Positions 10,585-20,460 of a stretch of 64,000 nt of DNA are shown here, one piece after another (position 1 is the first letter of the stretch; each line of letters starts with the position of its first letter). A model generated the notes under the pieces. The model was not told the DNA's origin. It did no database searches and was given only the letters and a program-made list of their open reading frames with translations. Location of the stretch: NCBI GenBank assembly GCA_963772725.1, contig CAVYYI010000005.1, positions 212,244-276,243 on the forward strand, given 5' to 3'. Origin of the DNA: an uncultured Phycisphaerales bacterium. GTDB taxonomy: Bacteria > Planctomycetota > Phycisphaerae > Sedimentisphaerales > Anaerobacaceae. Both the position numbers and the translations under genes were made by a program.

Positions 10585-11544
10585 TTATTTTTTAAGGAGG
10601 TTGTTAAGCTGCATCCAGTCGTGCAGTAGATTTGGCCAATGTGAGACCGGGCCTTTGTTTTTACCGAGACCGAATCCGTGTCCGCCATTTTCAAAAATGT
10701 GCATTTCCGCGGGGACGCCTGAATTTTTCAGGGCGAGATAAAACCTTACGCTGTTCTCGGGCGAGACAGTCTTATCGTCATTTGCAAGGATAAGAAATGT
10801 TTCGGGGGTTTCAGAGGTTACCTGCTTTTCGTTACTGTATTTCTCGACAAGTTCTTCGCTTGGATTTTCACCGATGAGATTCTTTTTTGTACCTTTATGT
10901 GTAATCGTATCATCCATAGAAATTACCGGATAGAGCAGCACCATAAAGTCTGGACGGGATGATAATCTTTCGATTGGGTCGTTGGCGTCTAGTCTGCCTT
11001 TATCGAAATGCGTTCCCGCCGTCGAAGCCAGATGCCCTCCAGCGGAGGAACCCATCACACCGACTTGATTAGGGTCGATGCCCCAGTCTTTCGCGTTGAA
11101 TCGCACCGTGCGAATCGCGTGCTGCAAATCCATCAGGGGAACCGTGTCGCCGTAAACGTGTCCACCGGCAGGTCTGGGCAGCCTGTATTTCAGAACGATG
11201 CCAGCGACTCCAAATTCGTTTAGCCGCTTGGCTATTGAATAACCCTCAAGATTCATCGCAATACCGCCATAACCACCTCCGGGACAAAGCACTATCGCAG
11301 TTCCCGTATTCTTGCTTTTTTCAGGCAGGAAAATTGTCAGCGTAGGCCTATGGACATCCCGCACCCCATAATTTTTACTCATAGACTCATTATCCGTAAC
11401 ACCCTGCGAGCCAGGCGCAACACCTGGCCACAACTGGATAACATCGCCTCCGAGCGGCCCCTTTTCAATCTTCTGCTGGTAACATCCAGATACTGTCAAG
11501 ACCAGCGTTAGAAACGCCGAAACAAAAAATTTATATCTAACCAT
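10585..11544 (-). CDS. Secreted alpha/beta-hydrolase (acetyl-esterase / carbohydrate-esterase-like) lipoprotein
   Basis: There is a signal peptide with a Cys (LTVSGC), an oxyanion region LCPGGGY, a nucleophile elbow GSSAGGH and a C-terminal GGHGF. Confidence 0.75.
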   Translation of the reverse strand: MVRYKFFVSAFLTLVLTVSGCYQQKIEKGPLGGDVIQLWPGVAPGSQGVTDNESMSKNYGVRDVHRPTLTIFLPEKSKNTGTAIVLCPGGGYGGIAMNLEGYSIAKRLNEFGVAGIVLKYRLPRPAGGHVYGDTVPLMDLQHAIRTVRFNAKDWGIDPNQVGVMGSSAGGHLASTAGTHFDKGRLDANDPIERLSSRPDFMVLLYPVISMDDTITHKGTKKNLIGENPSEELVEKYSNEKQVTSETPETFLILANDDKTVSPENSVRFYLALKNSGVPAEMHIFENGGHGFGLGKNKGPVSHWPNLLHDWMQLNNLLKK

Positions 11545-11612
11545 TTTTAAATGTCCTTTCCTAAAACTTTTATTCTGTTATTTAATCCAAACACATATTA
11601 ACTGTTTCATCT

Positions 11613-13623
11613 TTACTTCCTTTGTTTTGATTTCGGGATGTATTCCGCATTCGCGACCCTGTCGTTCCAATGGCAAAGCCAGCGGTCAAAAAGCGTTTTT
11701 TCGCCTTTTGGCTGCTGGTTGATTTTGAAGACGGAGTATTTTTTCCATTCGTTGATTTGGTCGGCAATTTCTTTTGCCTGCTGTTTATCCGCTTTCATGC
11801 CTTTTAGTTCAAGGGGGTCAGTATCCAGATTATAAATTGAAACCATATCGGTTGCCGGGTCGTGGAAAATTTTTCGCATTCCCTGGACAAATCCGGTGGG
11901 TCCCTGTTGTATCCAGCAGGAAAAATATAATCTTCGGTCATCAGGGATATTTCCAAGAGCATTAACGCCGTCGAAACCGGCGTTTTGAGTGTCGAATCCG
12001 AGCAGGGTCAGAAGTGTAGGTGTTAAATCGATGGAGCATACGGGTTTTACAATTCGCGTCTGCGGTTTAATAAGTCCCGGCGCACGTATTATCCAGGGTA
12101 CACGAAGGGCTTCGTCGAAGGGAATCCGCTCATGGGCGGACAAACCATGCTCGCCGAAGGCCTCGCCGTGGTCGCTTATTACACAGAGAATCGTTCTGTC
12201 GGAAAGATTGAGTTTTTTGAGTTCCTTATCAACAGCGGCGATAAATTGGTCAGTGTATGCGATTGTCTGCCTGTACCGCTCGACATGTTCTTTTGCAGGG
12301 GTTCCAAACCATTTGGGAATCTCGTAAGTATCGTGAGTTACCGAACACATCATTGTTACGAAAAAAGGAGATTTATCTTTTTGTATCCATTGCAGAACAT
12401 ATTTTAACATTTGAAACTCGTCGGCGGCAAGGTAGCTTAAGTAAGCGTTGGGGTCTTTGAGGTCTTCTCTTGCCCAGAATTTTTCAAAGCCGAGGTTGTA
12501 AGCCAGACCGGGGCAGCATTCAAATTCGCCTTTTGCAGACTGGAAAAAGGCGGTTCGATAGCCTAACTGGTTTTTCAGTATGGTGGCGATACCGGTGTAA
12601 GGTTTAACGGCAGGAACAGCCTCGCTGACATCCTCGTAAGCAGAAGGCAAATAACCGGTCAGCATCGCGAATAGCGATTTTGTCGTATGAGTCAGGGATG
12701 AGCGGTTATCTTCAAACTCGTGCGCCCTGTTTAGCCAAATCCGCCATGAACGGCGTCAGATTTTTTTGTTTATCATAGAGCGATGTAAATCTGTACTGGA
12801 CTCCCTCCAAAACAATCAAAACCACATTGTACGGCTGTACCGCTGGTTCCGAACGGCGAGGCAGAATCACTTTATCGAATTCGGGTATTATTCGCTGTGT
12901 ATTTTCATGCGGAGGCTGAATTAATTCTTCGAGATTATCCTTAGTGAAGAAAATTGTAACAGCTCTTAACTGGCTGTTGTAGCACATTCCCTCAGAAGCT
13001 ATCGGAGTGGAACCGGTTTGGGCGATTACGCTGCCGGCCAGAGCAGAGAAGAAAACAATGGCGCACGAAATATATAGTTTACTCTTGAAGATTTTACGGT
13101 TGTATTTCGGTATTGGCGGGTTCATAAAAATAGAAACGGAAAATATTACAGCGGCCGTGCCTGAACCCACAAGAATTATCCCTGCAAGGGGAGTTTTTAT
13201 CATGTTCAAAAAAACCATGGCGAGTATGTTGAGCGGCTCACGAATCAAAGGCAGAAAGACCGAAGGGAGAATCTGCGTTCCTGTTCTTACCATCCAGCCG
13301 GCATTAAAGAGTGACCAGAGCAGGACTATAACGGCAATTGCCATAGATGTTCGAAGCACCCAGCGTTTGGGTTTGTAAAAACACGCGGTAGTCAGGATTA
13401 TTTCAATACCCAGCAAAACCGCGATATCGGAGAGAATCCATCGCGGGTACTGGCTGACAAGATGCATATTACAAGAGTTGATGAATTTGATAAGCAATGT
13501 GCAGAACAAGGCCGCGAATATAAGGTTACTACATGCTTTTGGTGCTAAAATATCGTACAAGCGACGAAAGAATAACGACACCTTTTCCAAACACGCTTTA
13601 TTTTCGAGTTTAGTCGTGGTCAT
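11613..13623 (-). CDS. LtaS-like membrane sulfatase / phosphoglycerol-transferase family protein; one frame switch near 12714
   Basis: ORF 12712-13623 encodes a multi-TM N-terminal domain and the start of a sulfatase domain (YNVVLIVLEGV). ORF 11613-12665 encodes the rest (THTTKSLFAMLTG, ISDHGEAFGEHG). The two join across one frame switch beside a T3 run. Confidence 0.75.
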
Positions 13624-13682
13624 TCGTGGTCAAAAACTCTTTCCCGCCAAGGCACAAAGGCGAACTGTCTTTTATGTTTTTC

Positions 13683-14609
13683 TCATTTTTTGGTGGGGTT
13701 GGTTAAGAAAGCCGACTTTTTAATTTGGCCAGCGTTTTGTTCCTTAAGCGAACTGAGCAAAGAATCAAGAGCTTTAGCTTTTTCAGCCTGCAATAACTGC
13801 TTTTTAAGCCGTTCTTTTACAAGCGGAAGGGGCGAGGCCGCGACCTTTTCATCAAGGCGTACAACCTCATAAGCGTCTTTGGAGACCTCGATAGGCCCGA
13901 TTATATCACCGGTTTTCGCCGCCTTGAGAGCGTTATAGATAGCTTCACCAAACCGCATTTCCACCGTAGAATCAGAGGCATTGGAAACTTTACCGTCTTT
14001 TTTAGAGTGGATGGAAGCCGGCATCTGTTTAGCGAGAGTCGCTATATCCTCGCCGGCTTTTATTTTTTCGAGGATTTTCTGCGCATCTGCCAAGGTAGCT
14101 GTTCTGATGTGCGTAAAAGTATAAGAACCCTGCTTCATTAGTTTTGGATCTTTTAATTTGTTTTGCTCATAATACTCGATAACGTTAGCATCAGATATGT
14201 TAACGGCGTCTTGAACTTTTTCGCGAAGTTCTATTCCAAAAGCTCTTTTGGCAACCATATCGGCTATAAATTTCCCTTTTGGCTCATCGGTAATACCCCG
14301 TTTTTTCGCCTCTTCGTAAAGCATTTCATTTTCGAGCCACCATTCCGCAAGTTTCACCATTTCCTCTTTTGGCGCATTGGGTTTCATCCACTCGAGCTGT
14401 CGCATCGTCAATTTGCTGTCTCCAAGACTGACTACAATTTCATCGTTTGCGTCTATTGTTTGAACGGGAGATTTAGTTTCGACTTTTGCGGCTGGTTTAG
14501 CCTTATTATTATCATCCTTCGGAGAAGTTATAGTTTTGGTGGCTGAACAGGACAACAGTGTAAATAGCGTTGCGAGCAAAACAACTTTAAAAATAGTTTT
14601 GTAAAACAT
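13683..14609 (-). CDS. Parvulin-type peptidyl-prolyl isomerase (SurA/PpiC-like) lipoprotein
   Basis: The start MFYKTIFKVVLLATLFTLLSCS is a lipoprotein signal. The C-terminal half has a PpiC-type rotamase region (YTFTHIR...IATLAKQ...GDIIGPIEVSKDAYEVVRL). Confidence 0.7.
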   Translation of the reverse strand: MFYKTIFKVVLLATLFTLLSCSATKTITSPKDDNNKAKPAAKVETKSPVQTIDANDEIVVSLGDSKLTMRQLEWMKPNAPKEEMVKLAEWWLENEMLYEEAKKRGITDEPKGKFIADMVAKRAFGIELREKVQDAVNISDANVIEYYEQNKLKDPKLMKQGSYTFTHIRTATLADAQKILEKIKAGEDIATLAKQMPASIHSKKDGKVSNASDSTVEMRFGEAIYNALKAAKTGDIIGPIEVSKDAYEVVRLDEKVAASPLPLVKERLKKQLLQAEKAKALDSLLSSLKEQNAGQIKKSAFLTNPTKK

Positions 14610-14738
14610 TTTTCTTTCCTTTCCTGAAAAAACCCAAAAAGATAATGGACTTTCGCCCCTATAAAATACCTCTCCAACCAAAAAAATGCAAGATTAGACT
14701 CTAAAAAAAGATTTGTTTTAATTCGCATGAATTCGTGG

Positions 14739-15971
14739 TTAAAAATTATTATTCTCTGTGAACTCTGCGATTAATGGTTCAGAAAGAGGCGGTGTGACAA
14801 TTTGTTCTTTAGTGGATTGGCGGGCGATATTCAGCAAAACTCCGACGGCAAAAGCGGAAAAGAGCATACTTGTCCCTCCGGCGCTTACAAAAGGTAAAGG
14901 TATTCCTTTTGTGGGCAGTACCACGGTTACCACGCCGATATTGAGTGCCGCCTGGATAGAAACAGCCATAACAATTCCAGCCGCCAAAAGCTGCCCGAAT
15001 CGGTCCTTGCATCGCACAATGACCAGAATTCCGAGCAATGCGAACAGGATGAACAGCATAATAATCAATGTTGTGCCGATAAGCCCCATTTCTTCGCCTA
15101 TGATGGCGAAAATAAAATCTGTGGTGTCTTCAGGCAAATGGCCGTACTTGCAGATGCCCATGCCAAGCCCTTTTCCCAATATGCCGCCTGAGCCGAGTGC
15201 GATAAGGGACTGGTTTGCCTGGTAACTGGCTGACTCGGCGAATTGCTCCGGATTTAAAAAGGCCAGAATTCGCAGTCTCCTCGCATCGGAGTGTATTATC
15301 GCTAAAACAAAGGCTACAACTCCGAATGGAAGCGGCGCCAGCATATAGACCAGCCTTGCGCCGGCGATAATGAGAATAAGGAAAGACAGCAGGGCAACCA
15401 GGGCCGCGGTTCCGAAGTCTTCGATGAGAATCAGCCCCGCGACCAGGCCGACAATCAGGCATATTGATACGAATTTTTTGCCGAGGGAGCCAAGGTCGTC
15501 GTTAAATTTATCGCAAAATGCGGCTACAAAGAAAATGGTAATCCATTTGGCCATTTCCGAGGGCTGAAAACTGATGCTTACAGGTCCCGCGGGAATCCGC
15601 AGCCACCGTCGGGCGTAATTTACCTCTACCCCAAAGTGCGGAATTAAAACCATTATGAGTAGAATCACGCTGATGCCGAGCAGATACACGATGGGCGATT
15701 TTGCCCAGGTGTCGGCGAGGTGAAACTTTCGATAGTCCAGGCGCGAGAAAGCGTACATAATCAGTACCGCCAGAGGGAAAAACAGGATTTGGCGCATGGC
15801 CGGTGAGCTGTAAAACTTACGCCAGCTAAGCTCCTGCGTAACGTTCACACCCGCAGAGAAGACGAAAATTGTACCGATAGCCATTAAGATGATGACCACC
15901 GCTGAAATATAGTCAGCGAGGTTTTCGTTTCTTATCTTCGGGGCCTCAATTTGCTTAAAAGGGTTTTTCAC
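14739..15971 (-). CDS. FtsW/RodA/SpoVE-family peptidoglycan glycosyltransferase
   Basis: The 410-aa polytopic membrane ORF contains the SEDS signatures FQPSEMAKW, DFGTAAL, LPEDTTDFIFAIIGEE and LPTKGIPLPFVSAGGTS. Confidence 0.9.
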   Translation of the reverse strand: MKNPFKQIEAPKIRNENLADYISAVVIILMAIGTIFVFSAGVNVTQELSWRKFYSSPAMRQILFFPLAVLIMYAFSRLDYRKFHLADTWAKSPIVYLLGISVILLIMVLIPHFGVEVNYARRWLRIPAGPVSISFQPSEMAKWITIFFVAAFCDKFNDDLGSLGKKFVSICLIVGLVAGLILIEDFGTAALVALLSFLILIIAGARLVYMLAPLPFGVVAFVLAIIHSDARRLRILAFLNPEQFAESASYQANQSLIALGSGGILGKGLGMGICKYGHLPEDTTDFIFAIIGEEMGLIGTTLIIMLFILFALLGILVIVRCKDRFGQLLAAGIVMAVSIQAALNIGVVTVVLPTKGIPLPFVSAGGTSMLFSAFAVGVLLNIARQSTKEQIVTPPLSEPLIAEFTENNNF

Positions 15972-16110
15972 GAATCAGTCCTTTATTCTGTATTATACAT
16001 TTTCGGCCATAGCACCTGAAAAAGTAAAGAAGAAAGTGAGGCAAAGCCGGGAAAATCCGAAGCGCAAAGTACAAAACAAATTCCAAAGGCACAAAATTCA
16101 AATTTGGTTT

Positions 16111-16410
16111 TTACTTTATAATATTTAATTTACTTATAAGCATCTGGGATGAGATTCCGGAGATTTGAATCTGTTTGATGGGGCTGGTTTGGCCGGTGAG
16201 GATTTTGATGTCTTTCTTTTTGATGTTAAGCTGGTCGGCGAGAAACTCGACGAGGTTCTGGTTGGCTTTTCCCTTCTCCGGCGGGGCGGCGACTTTGACT
16301 TTCAGCATTCCGTCGAGGATGCCCGCGAGAGAGGTTCTGCTGCTGCCGGGAACGATTTTGGCGGTAAAAACCGCTGAGCCGTTAATATCCTGAACCATCA
16401 AATCAGACAT
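16111..16410 (-). CDS. DUF167 (YggU) family protein
   Basis: The 99-aa ORF contains KIVPGSSRTSLAGILDGMLKVKVAAPPEKGKANQNLVEFLA, the DUF167 consensus. Confidence 0.75.
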   Translation of the reverse strand: MSDLMVQDINGSAVFTAKIVPGSSRTSLAGILDGMLKVKVAAPPEKGKANQNLVEFLADQLNIKKKDIKILTGQTSPIKQIQISGISSQMLISKLNIIK

Positions 16411-16416
16411 AGGTTT

Positions 16417-16719
16417 TTATTCTGTTTTTTCCCTGAGGTTTGAGCCGACGGCCAACTGGACGTATTTTTCAATCTGCTCGGCGAGTTCGCCCAGTGTATC
16501 AAGCTGGAAATCCTCGTAATGACCCTGGATAAACTCACCACTGAGTGCCTTTTTGTAAATCCTAACCCTGATAATAGAGCTGTTGGAATCGCCTTTGCTG
16601 TAATCGTTGTCTTTATGCTCGGTCAGTTCCACCCGCCAGTCCTCGCTGATAAACACAAGGCACTTGCCGGTATAAACCGCGGTCGGAAAATAATCTCGCA
16701 ATAATTTTAAGGTTTCCAT
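16417..16719 (-). CDS. Hypothetical protein (100 aa)
   Basis: It is a clean ORF 6 nt upstream of the DUF167 gene on the same strand. I recognise no domain. Confidence 0.45.
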   Translation of the reverse strand: METLKLLRDYFPTAVYTGKCLVFISEDWRVELTEHKDNDYSKGDSNSSIIRVRIYKKALSGEFIQGHYEDFQLDTLGELAEQIEKYVQLAVGSNLREKTE

Positions 16720-16723
16720 AATT

Positions 16724-16753
16724 TTTAATCACGGATTACACAGATAACACCGT
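16724..16753. repeat. 30-nt intergenic element TTTTAATCACGGATTACACAGATAACACCG (copy A)
   Basis: It matches the reverse complement of 33741-33770 at 27 of 30 positions. There is a partial third copy at about 41797-41818. Confidence 0.7.
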
Positions 16754-17089
16754 TTTTAATTGAAAATATTCTTATCACGGTTAGGTTATCAATTATTTTT
16801 TCAATAATCAATTAAAAACGCAGCGACAAATAAATCCGAGCCGCGACAGTGATGGAGCGGGTGAACCACAAATTTAATCCGTAGGCTATATATAGCGGTC
16901 ATTTCAATAAAACTTTGGTTTCCGCGTGTAATATTTTCAGAAGTTCCTTTTTGTCCTCTTTGGAAAATTTTTTGTGTCTTTTTGCAGCTGATTTGCTTGG
17001 GTCTGGCGTCCTGCGTCTTGCGCCTTTTTTCTACCAACTACGAACTCCAAACCACCAACTTTTCTTCTGTATTCTACCCCGAAGCAAGG

Positions 17090-17118
17090 TTGACAATGGC
17101 ACCGATTGGCTTTACAAT
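17090..17118 (+). promoter_or_regulatory. Near-consensus sigma70 promoter of the rhamnose operon (TTGACA-N17-TACAAT)
   Basis: TTGACA is at 17090-17095 and TACAAT at 17113-17118, with a 17-nt spacer. AGGAGG precedes the rfbA ATG at 17162. Confidence 0.6.
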
Positions 17119-17161
17119 CTAACTAATTACTAATTAGAAGAAAAAGCTTTAGGAGGCGAAA

Positions 17162-17887
17162 ATGAAGTTAAGAGGCGTAGTACTTGCTGGCGGCACGGGG
17201 TCGCGACTTCGGCCGTTAACTAAGGTTACGAACAAGCATCTGCTGCCGGTGGGGCAAAAGCCGATGATTTATTATCCGATTGAAAAGCTGACGGGTATCG
17301 GAATCAGCGAAATTCTGATAGTAACGGGCGTTGAGCATATGGGCGACGTGGTCGGTCTGCTGGGTTCGGGTAAGGAATTCGGGTGCAAATTTACGTATAA
17401 GGTTCAGGATGAGGCCGGCGGAATCGCACAGGCGCTGTCTTTGGCGGATAATTTCGCCAATGGGCAAAGCGTCGCGGTAATTCTGGGCGACAATATATTC
17501 GAGGCAAATCTGAAAAGCTACGCCGATAAGTTTATGGAGCAGAAGGTCGGGGCGAAGCTGCTGATAAAGAAGGTTTCAGACCCACAGCGTTTCGGGGTGG
17601 CGGAAATTTCCGGCACGAGGGTCATAGGAATCGAAGAGAAGCCGAAAAATCCCAAATCGCATTACGCGGTAACAGGCATATATTTTTATGACGGGGCGGT
17701 TTTCGATATAATTCGGACCCTGAAACCTTCGGCCCGCGGAGAATACGAAGTTACGGACATAAACAACGCCTACATCGACAGGGGGCAGTTGACTTACGAT
17801 ATTCTGGAAGGCTGGTGGAGTGATGCCGGCACGTTTGAATCATTGAACAAGGTAAATGAACTGGTTGCGAAGGAGCCGCCGAAATGA
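17162..17887 (+). CDS. rfbA: Glucose-1-phosphate thymidylyltransferase (short-form sugar nucleotidyltransferase)
   Basis: It has the N-terminal motif LAGGTGSRLRPLTKVTNKHLLPV, then YKVQDEAGGIAQAL, and is first in an rfbACDB-type cluster. Confidence 0.85.
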   Translation: MKLRGVVLAGGTGSRLRPLTKVTNKHLLPVGQKPMIYYPIEKLTGIGISEILIVTGVEHMGDVVGLLGSGKEFGCKFTYKVQDEAGGIAQALSLADNFANGQSVAVILGDNIFEANLKSYADKFMEQKVGAKLLIKKVSDPQRFGVAEISGTRVIGIEEKPKNPKSHYAVTGIYFYDGAVFDIIRTLKPSARGEYEVTDINNAYIDRGQLTYDILEGWWSDAGTFESLNKVNELVAKEPPK

Positions 17888-18411
17888 GCAAAGAGATTGC
17901 GAAACTTAAAACAGTATTTTCAGAGGGAAGCCTTATTATCTGGGGTTCGGGTTCGCTGATAGACGGTGTGGCGGTGCGATGCGGCAAGGTTTTGTCGGAT
18001 GAGCGCGGCCGGTTGGGCGAGATTATGCGGGCGGACGACCCGTGGTTTAAGAAGTTCGGGCAGGTTTATTTTACGACGACTTATCCGGGGGTTGTAAAGG
18101 CGTGGCATTACCATAAAACGCAGACCGACCATTTTTACGTCATAAAAGGGACAGTGAAAGTCGCCCTTTATGATGACCGCAAGGATTCACCCACCTACGG
18201 CGTTATAAATCAGCTTTATCTGGGCGAGCATTGTCCGGGGCTTATACGGATTCCTCCCGGGGTGCAACACGGCTGGATGTGCGTCAGCGATACCGAGGCG
18301 TATATTGTGAATATCGTTTCGGAGATGTACGACTATAAACAGCCGGACGAGTTCCGCACGCATCCGCACAATAATCACATTCCTTACGAGTGGACGCGGA
18401 AAGATGGGTAA
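17884..18411 (+). CDS. rfbC: dTDP-4-dehydrorhamnose 3,5-epimerase family cupin
   Basis: It shows the RmlC-like pattern DERGRLGE, KAWHYHKTQTDHF, VALYDDRKDSPTYG and IPPGVQHGW. Its start overlaps the rfbA stop (ATGA). Confidence 0.75.
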   Translation: MSKEIAKLKTVFSEGSLIIWGSGSLIDGVAVRCGKVLSDERGRLGEIMRADDPWFKKFGQVYFTTTYPGVVKAWHYHKTQTDHFYVIKGTVKVALYDDRKDSPTYGVINQLYLGEHCPGLIRIPPGVQHGWMCVSDTEAYIVNIVSEMYDYKQPDEFRTHPHNNHIPYEWTRKDG

Positions 18412-19246
18412 AGAAAAGGTCGTAATACTGGGTGGAAAAGGAATGCTTGGGACGGATTTGGCGGCGGCATGTGAGAATGGGGGCTATGATACCGTTGTTT
18501 TTGACCTGCCGGAATTCGATATTGCTAACCCGCAGCATTTGCGGGAGGCGTTGAAGAATACCAAAACAGTTATTAACTGCGCGGCCTATACCAATGTTGA
18601 AAAAGCGGAGAGCGAGGCGGATTTAGCGTATAAGATTAATGCGCATGCGGTGGGGGTGCTGGGTGAAATCGCGAAAAAAAACGGCGTATGGGTTTTGCAT
18701 ATAAGCACCGATTTTGTTTTTGACGGCAGGAGCAACAAGCCCTACGTCGAGACGGACAAGCCGAATCCGATAAATACTTATGGCGGGAGCAAACTGGCCG
18801 GCGAGGAGCTTTTAGTTGAAAGCGGCTGTTTAAACTGTATAATGCGTCTTGAGTGGACGTACGGCTTAAAGGGTAATAATTTTGTCAGTAAGCTGATAGC
18901 GGCGGCGAAACAGCGGCCGGAGCTTAGCGTGGTCGATGACCAAAAAGGCTCACCGACGGCAACGACTGAGGCGGCTGAGGCGATTTGCAAACTGCTGGAG
19001 AAAAAACCGCAGGGGCTTTTTCATTTTGCCGCGGGCGGTTATGTCAGCAGGTTCGGGATGGCTGACTTTATTTTTGAAAAGCTAAATCTGCCGGTCAGAC
19101 TGAAAAGCTGCAAAACCAGTGATTATCCCAGCGCCGCGGCAAGGCCTTTTAACAGTTGTTTTGACTGCGGGAAAATTACGGCGCTGCTTGGTGAGCCGAT
19201 TGAAAACTGGCAGGAACCTTTGGAAAGATTTTTGAAACGATTTTAA
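18404..19246 (+). CDS. rfbD: dTDP-4-dehydrorhamnose reductase
   Basis: It has the Rossmann motif ILGGKGMLG, then INCAAYTNVEKAE, STDFVFDG and YGGSKLAGE (YxxxK). Confidence 0.88.
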   Translation: MGKEKVVILGGKGMLGTDLAAACENGGYDTVVFDLPEFDIANPQHLREALKNTKTVINCAAYTNVEKAESEADLAYKINAHAVGVLGEIAKKNGVWVLHISTDFVFDGRSNKPYVETDKPNPINTYGGSKLAGEELLVESGCLNCIMRLEWTYGLKGNNFVSKLIAAAKQRPELSVVDDQKGSPTATTEAAEAICKLLEKKPQGLFHFAAGGYVSRFGMADFIFEKLNLPVRLKSCKTSDYPSAAARPFNSCFDCGKITALLGEPIENWQEPLERFLKRF

Positions 19247-19254
19247 ACGCTGTC

Positions 19255-19332
19255 ATTCCCGTGAAAGCGGGAATCCAGGAGGCGAGCTTTTGACGGATGA
19301 CCAAAATTATGGATACCTGCTTTCGCAGGTAT
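19255..19332. repeat. Two GC-rich hairpin modules in the rfbD-rfbB spacer
   Basis: The first is ATTCCCG-tgaaag-CGGGAAT (19255-19274). The second is ATACCTGC-tttc-GCAGGTAT (19313-19332). Both have perfect 7- and 8-bp stems. Confidence 0.7.
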
Positions 19333-19349
19333 GACAATGAGGTTCGATT

Positions 19350-20366
19350 ATGAGAAAAATACTTGTAACAGGCGGTGCGGGATTTATCGGGAGCAATTTC
19401 ATCCGGATGGTGCTTTCTGAGCAGCCGGACTGTTTTGTTGTTAATCTTGACAAATTAACTTACGCTGGTAATCTCGAAAACCTCGAGGGATTTATGAACC
19501 ATCCCAATCACAAGTTTGTCAAAGGCGACATTTGTGACGCCGGGCTGGTTGACAGGCTGATTGACGAATACAAGATTGACGCGATAATAAATTTCGCCGC
19601 GGAAAGTCATGTTGACCGCTCAATTACCGAGCCGAAAATTTTTATAACGACCAATGTTACCGGCACATTGACGCTGCTGGAAGCGGCACGGGATAAGAAA
19701 CTTGAGCGATTCGTACAGATTTCGACCGACGAGGTTTACGGAACGCTGAGTTTAACAGAGGGCAAGTTCACCGAGAAGACGTCTTTGAGCCCGAATTCGC
19801 CGTATTCAGCCAGCAAGGCCGCCGCCGACCTTTTGGTCAGGGCATTCGGGCATACGTGGGGGCTGAGATACAATATCACGCGGTGTTCGAATAATTACGG
19901 GCAGTATCAGTTTCCGGAAAAGATGATTCCGCTGATGATAAATAACGCGTTGAACGATAAGGCTCTGCCGGTATATGGCGACGGGATGCAGATTCGGGAC
20001 TGGCTTTATGTTTATGACCATTGTACGGCTATCTGGGCGGTTCTGACAAAGGCCAGGCCCGGGGAGATTTACAATATCGGCGGGTGCAATGAGAAAACAA
20101 ATCTCGAGGTAATCAGCCTGATACTCAAACAACTCGGTAAACCAGAATCACTTATTCAGCACGTTACCGACAGGCCTGGCCACGACAGGAGATATGCCAT
20201 CGACGCGGATAAAATAATCAACGAGCTTAGCTGGAAGCCTTCGGTTACATTTGAGCAGGGTATTGTTAAGACGATACAATGGTACTTAGATAACAAGGTG
20301 TGGCTCAACAATGTTGTATCCGGCGAGTATCAGAAATATTATCAGGCGATGTACTTCAACCGCTGA
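19350..20366 (+). CDS. rfbB: dTDP-glucose 4,6-dehydratase
   Basis: It contains VTGGAGFIGSNF, FAAESHVDRS, STDEVYG and YSASKAAADLLV, the SDR extended-family RmlB motifs. Confidence 0.93.
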   Translation: MRKILVTGGAGFIGSNFIRMVLSEQPDCFVVNLDKLTYAGNLENLEGFMNHPNHKFVKGDICDAGLVDRLIDEYKIDAIINFAAESHVDRSITEPKIFITTNVTGTLTLLEAARDKKLERFVQISTDEVYGTLSLTEGKFTEKTSLSPNSPYSASKAAADLLVRAFGHTWGLRYNITRCSNNYGQYQFPEKMIPLMINNALNDKALPVYGDGMQIRDWLYVYDHCTAIWAVLTKARPGEIYNIGGCNEKTNLEVISLILKQLGKPESLIQHVTDRPGHDRRYAIDADKIINELSWKPSVTFEQGIVKTIQWYLDNKVWLNNVVSGEYQKYYQAMYFNR

Positions 20367-20460
20367 AAAAGCAAAATGGAGTTTGCGTTGTGGCAGAACT
20401 GACAGGAAATAAGGCTTCGAAGCAGGTGCGAGAGATACTGGCGGACGGTTCACTGGATAA

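Noticed and set aside
13611-13631. A tandem TCGTGGTCA duplication at the start codon of the LtaS-like gene.
   Set aside because: On the coding strand it is TGACCACGA-A-TGACCACGA, spanning the 5' UTR and the first codons. This is probably a trivial local duplication. I noted it only as part of the heptamer-repeat observation.
16801-17037. A 78-aa ORF in the 440-nt spacer upstream of rfbA.
   Set aside because: It covers the GCGTCCT/GCGTCTT repeat and AT-rich promoter DNA, and its lysine/arginine-rich translation is not convincing as a protein.
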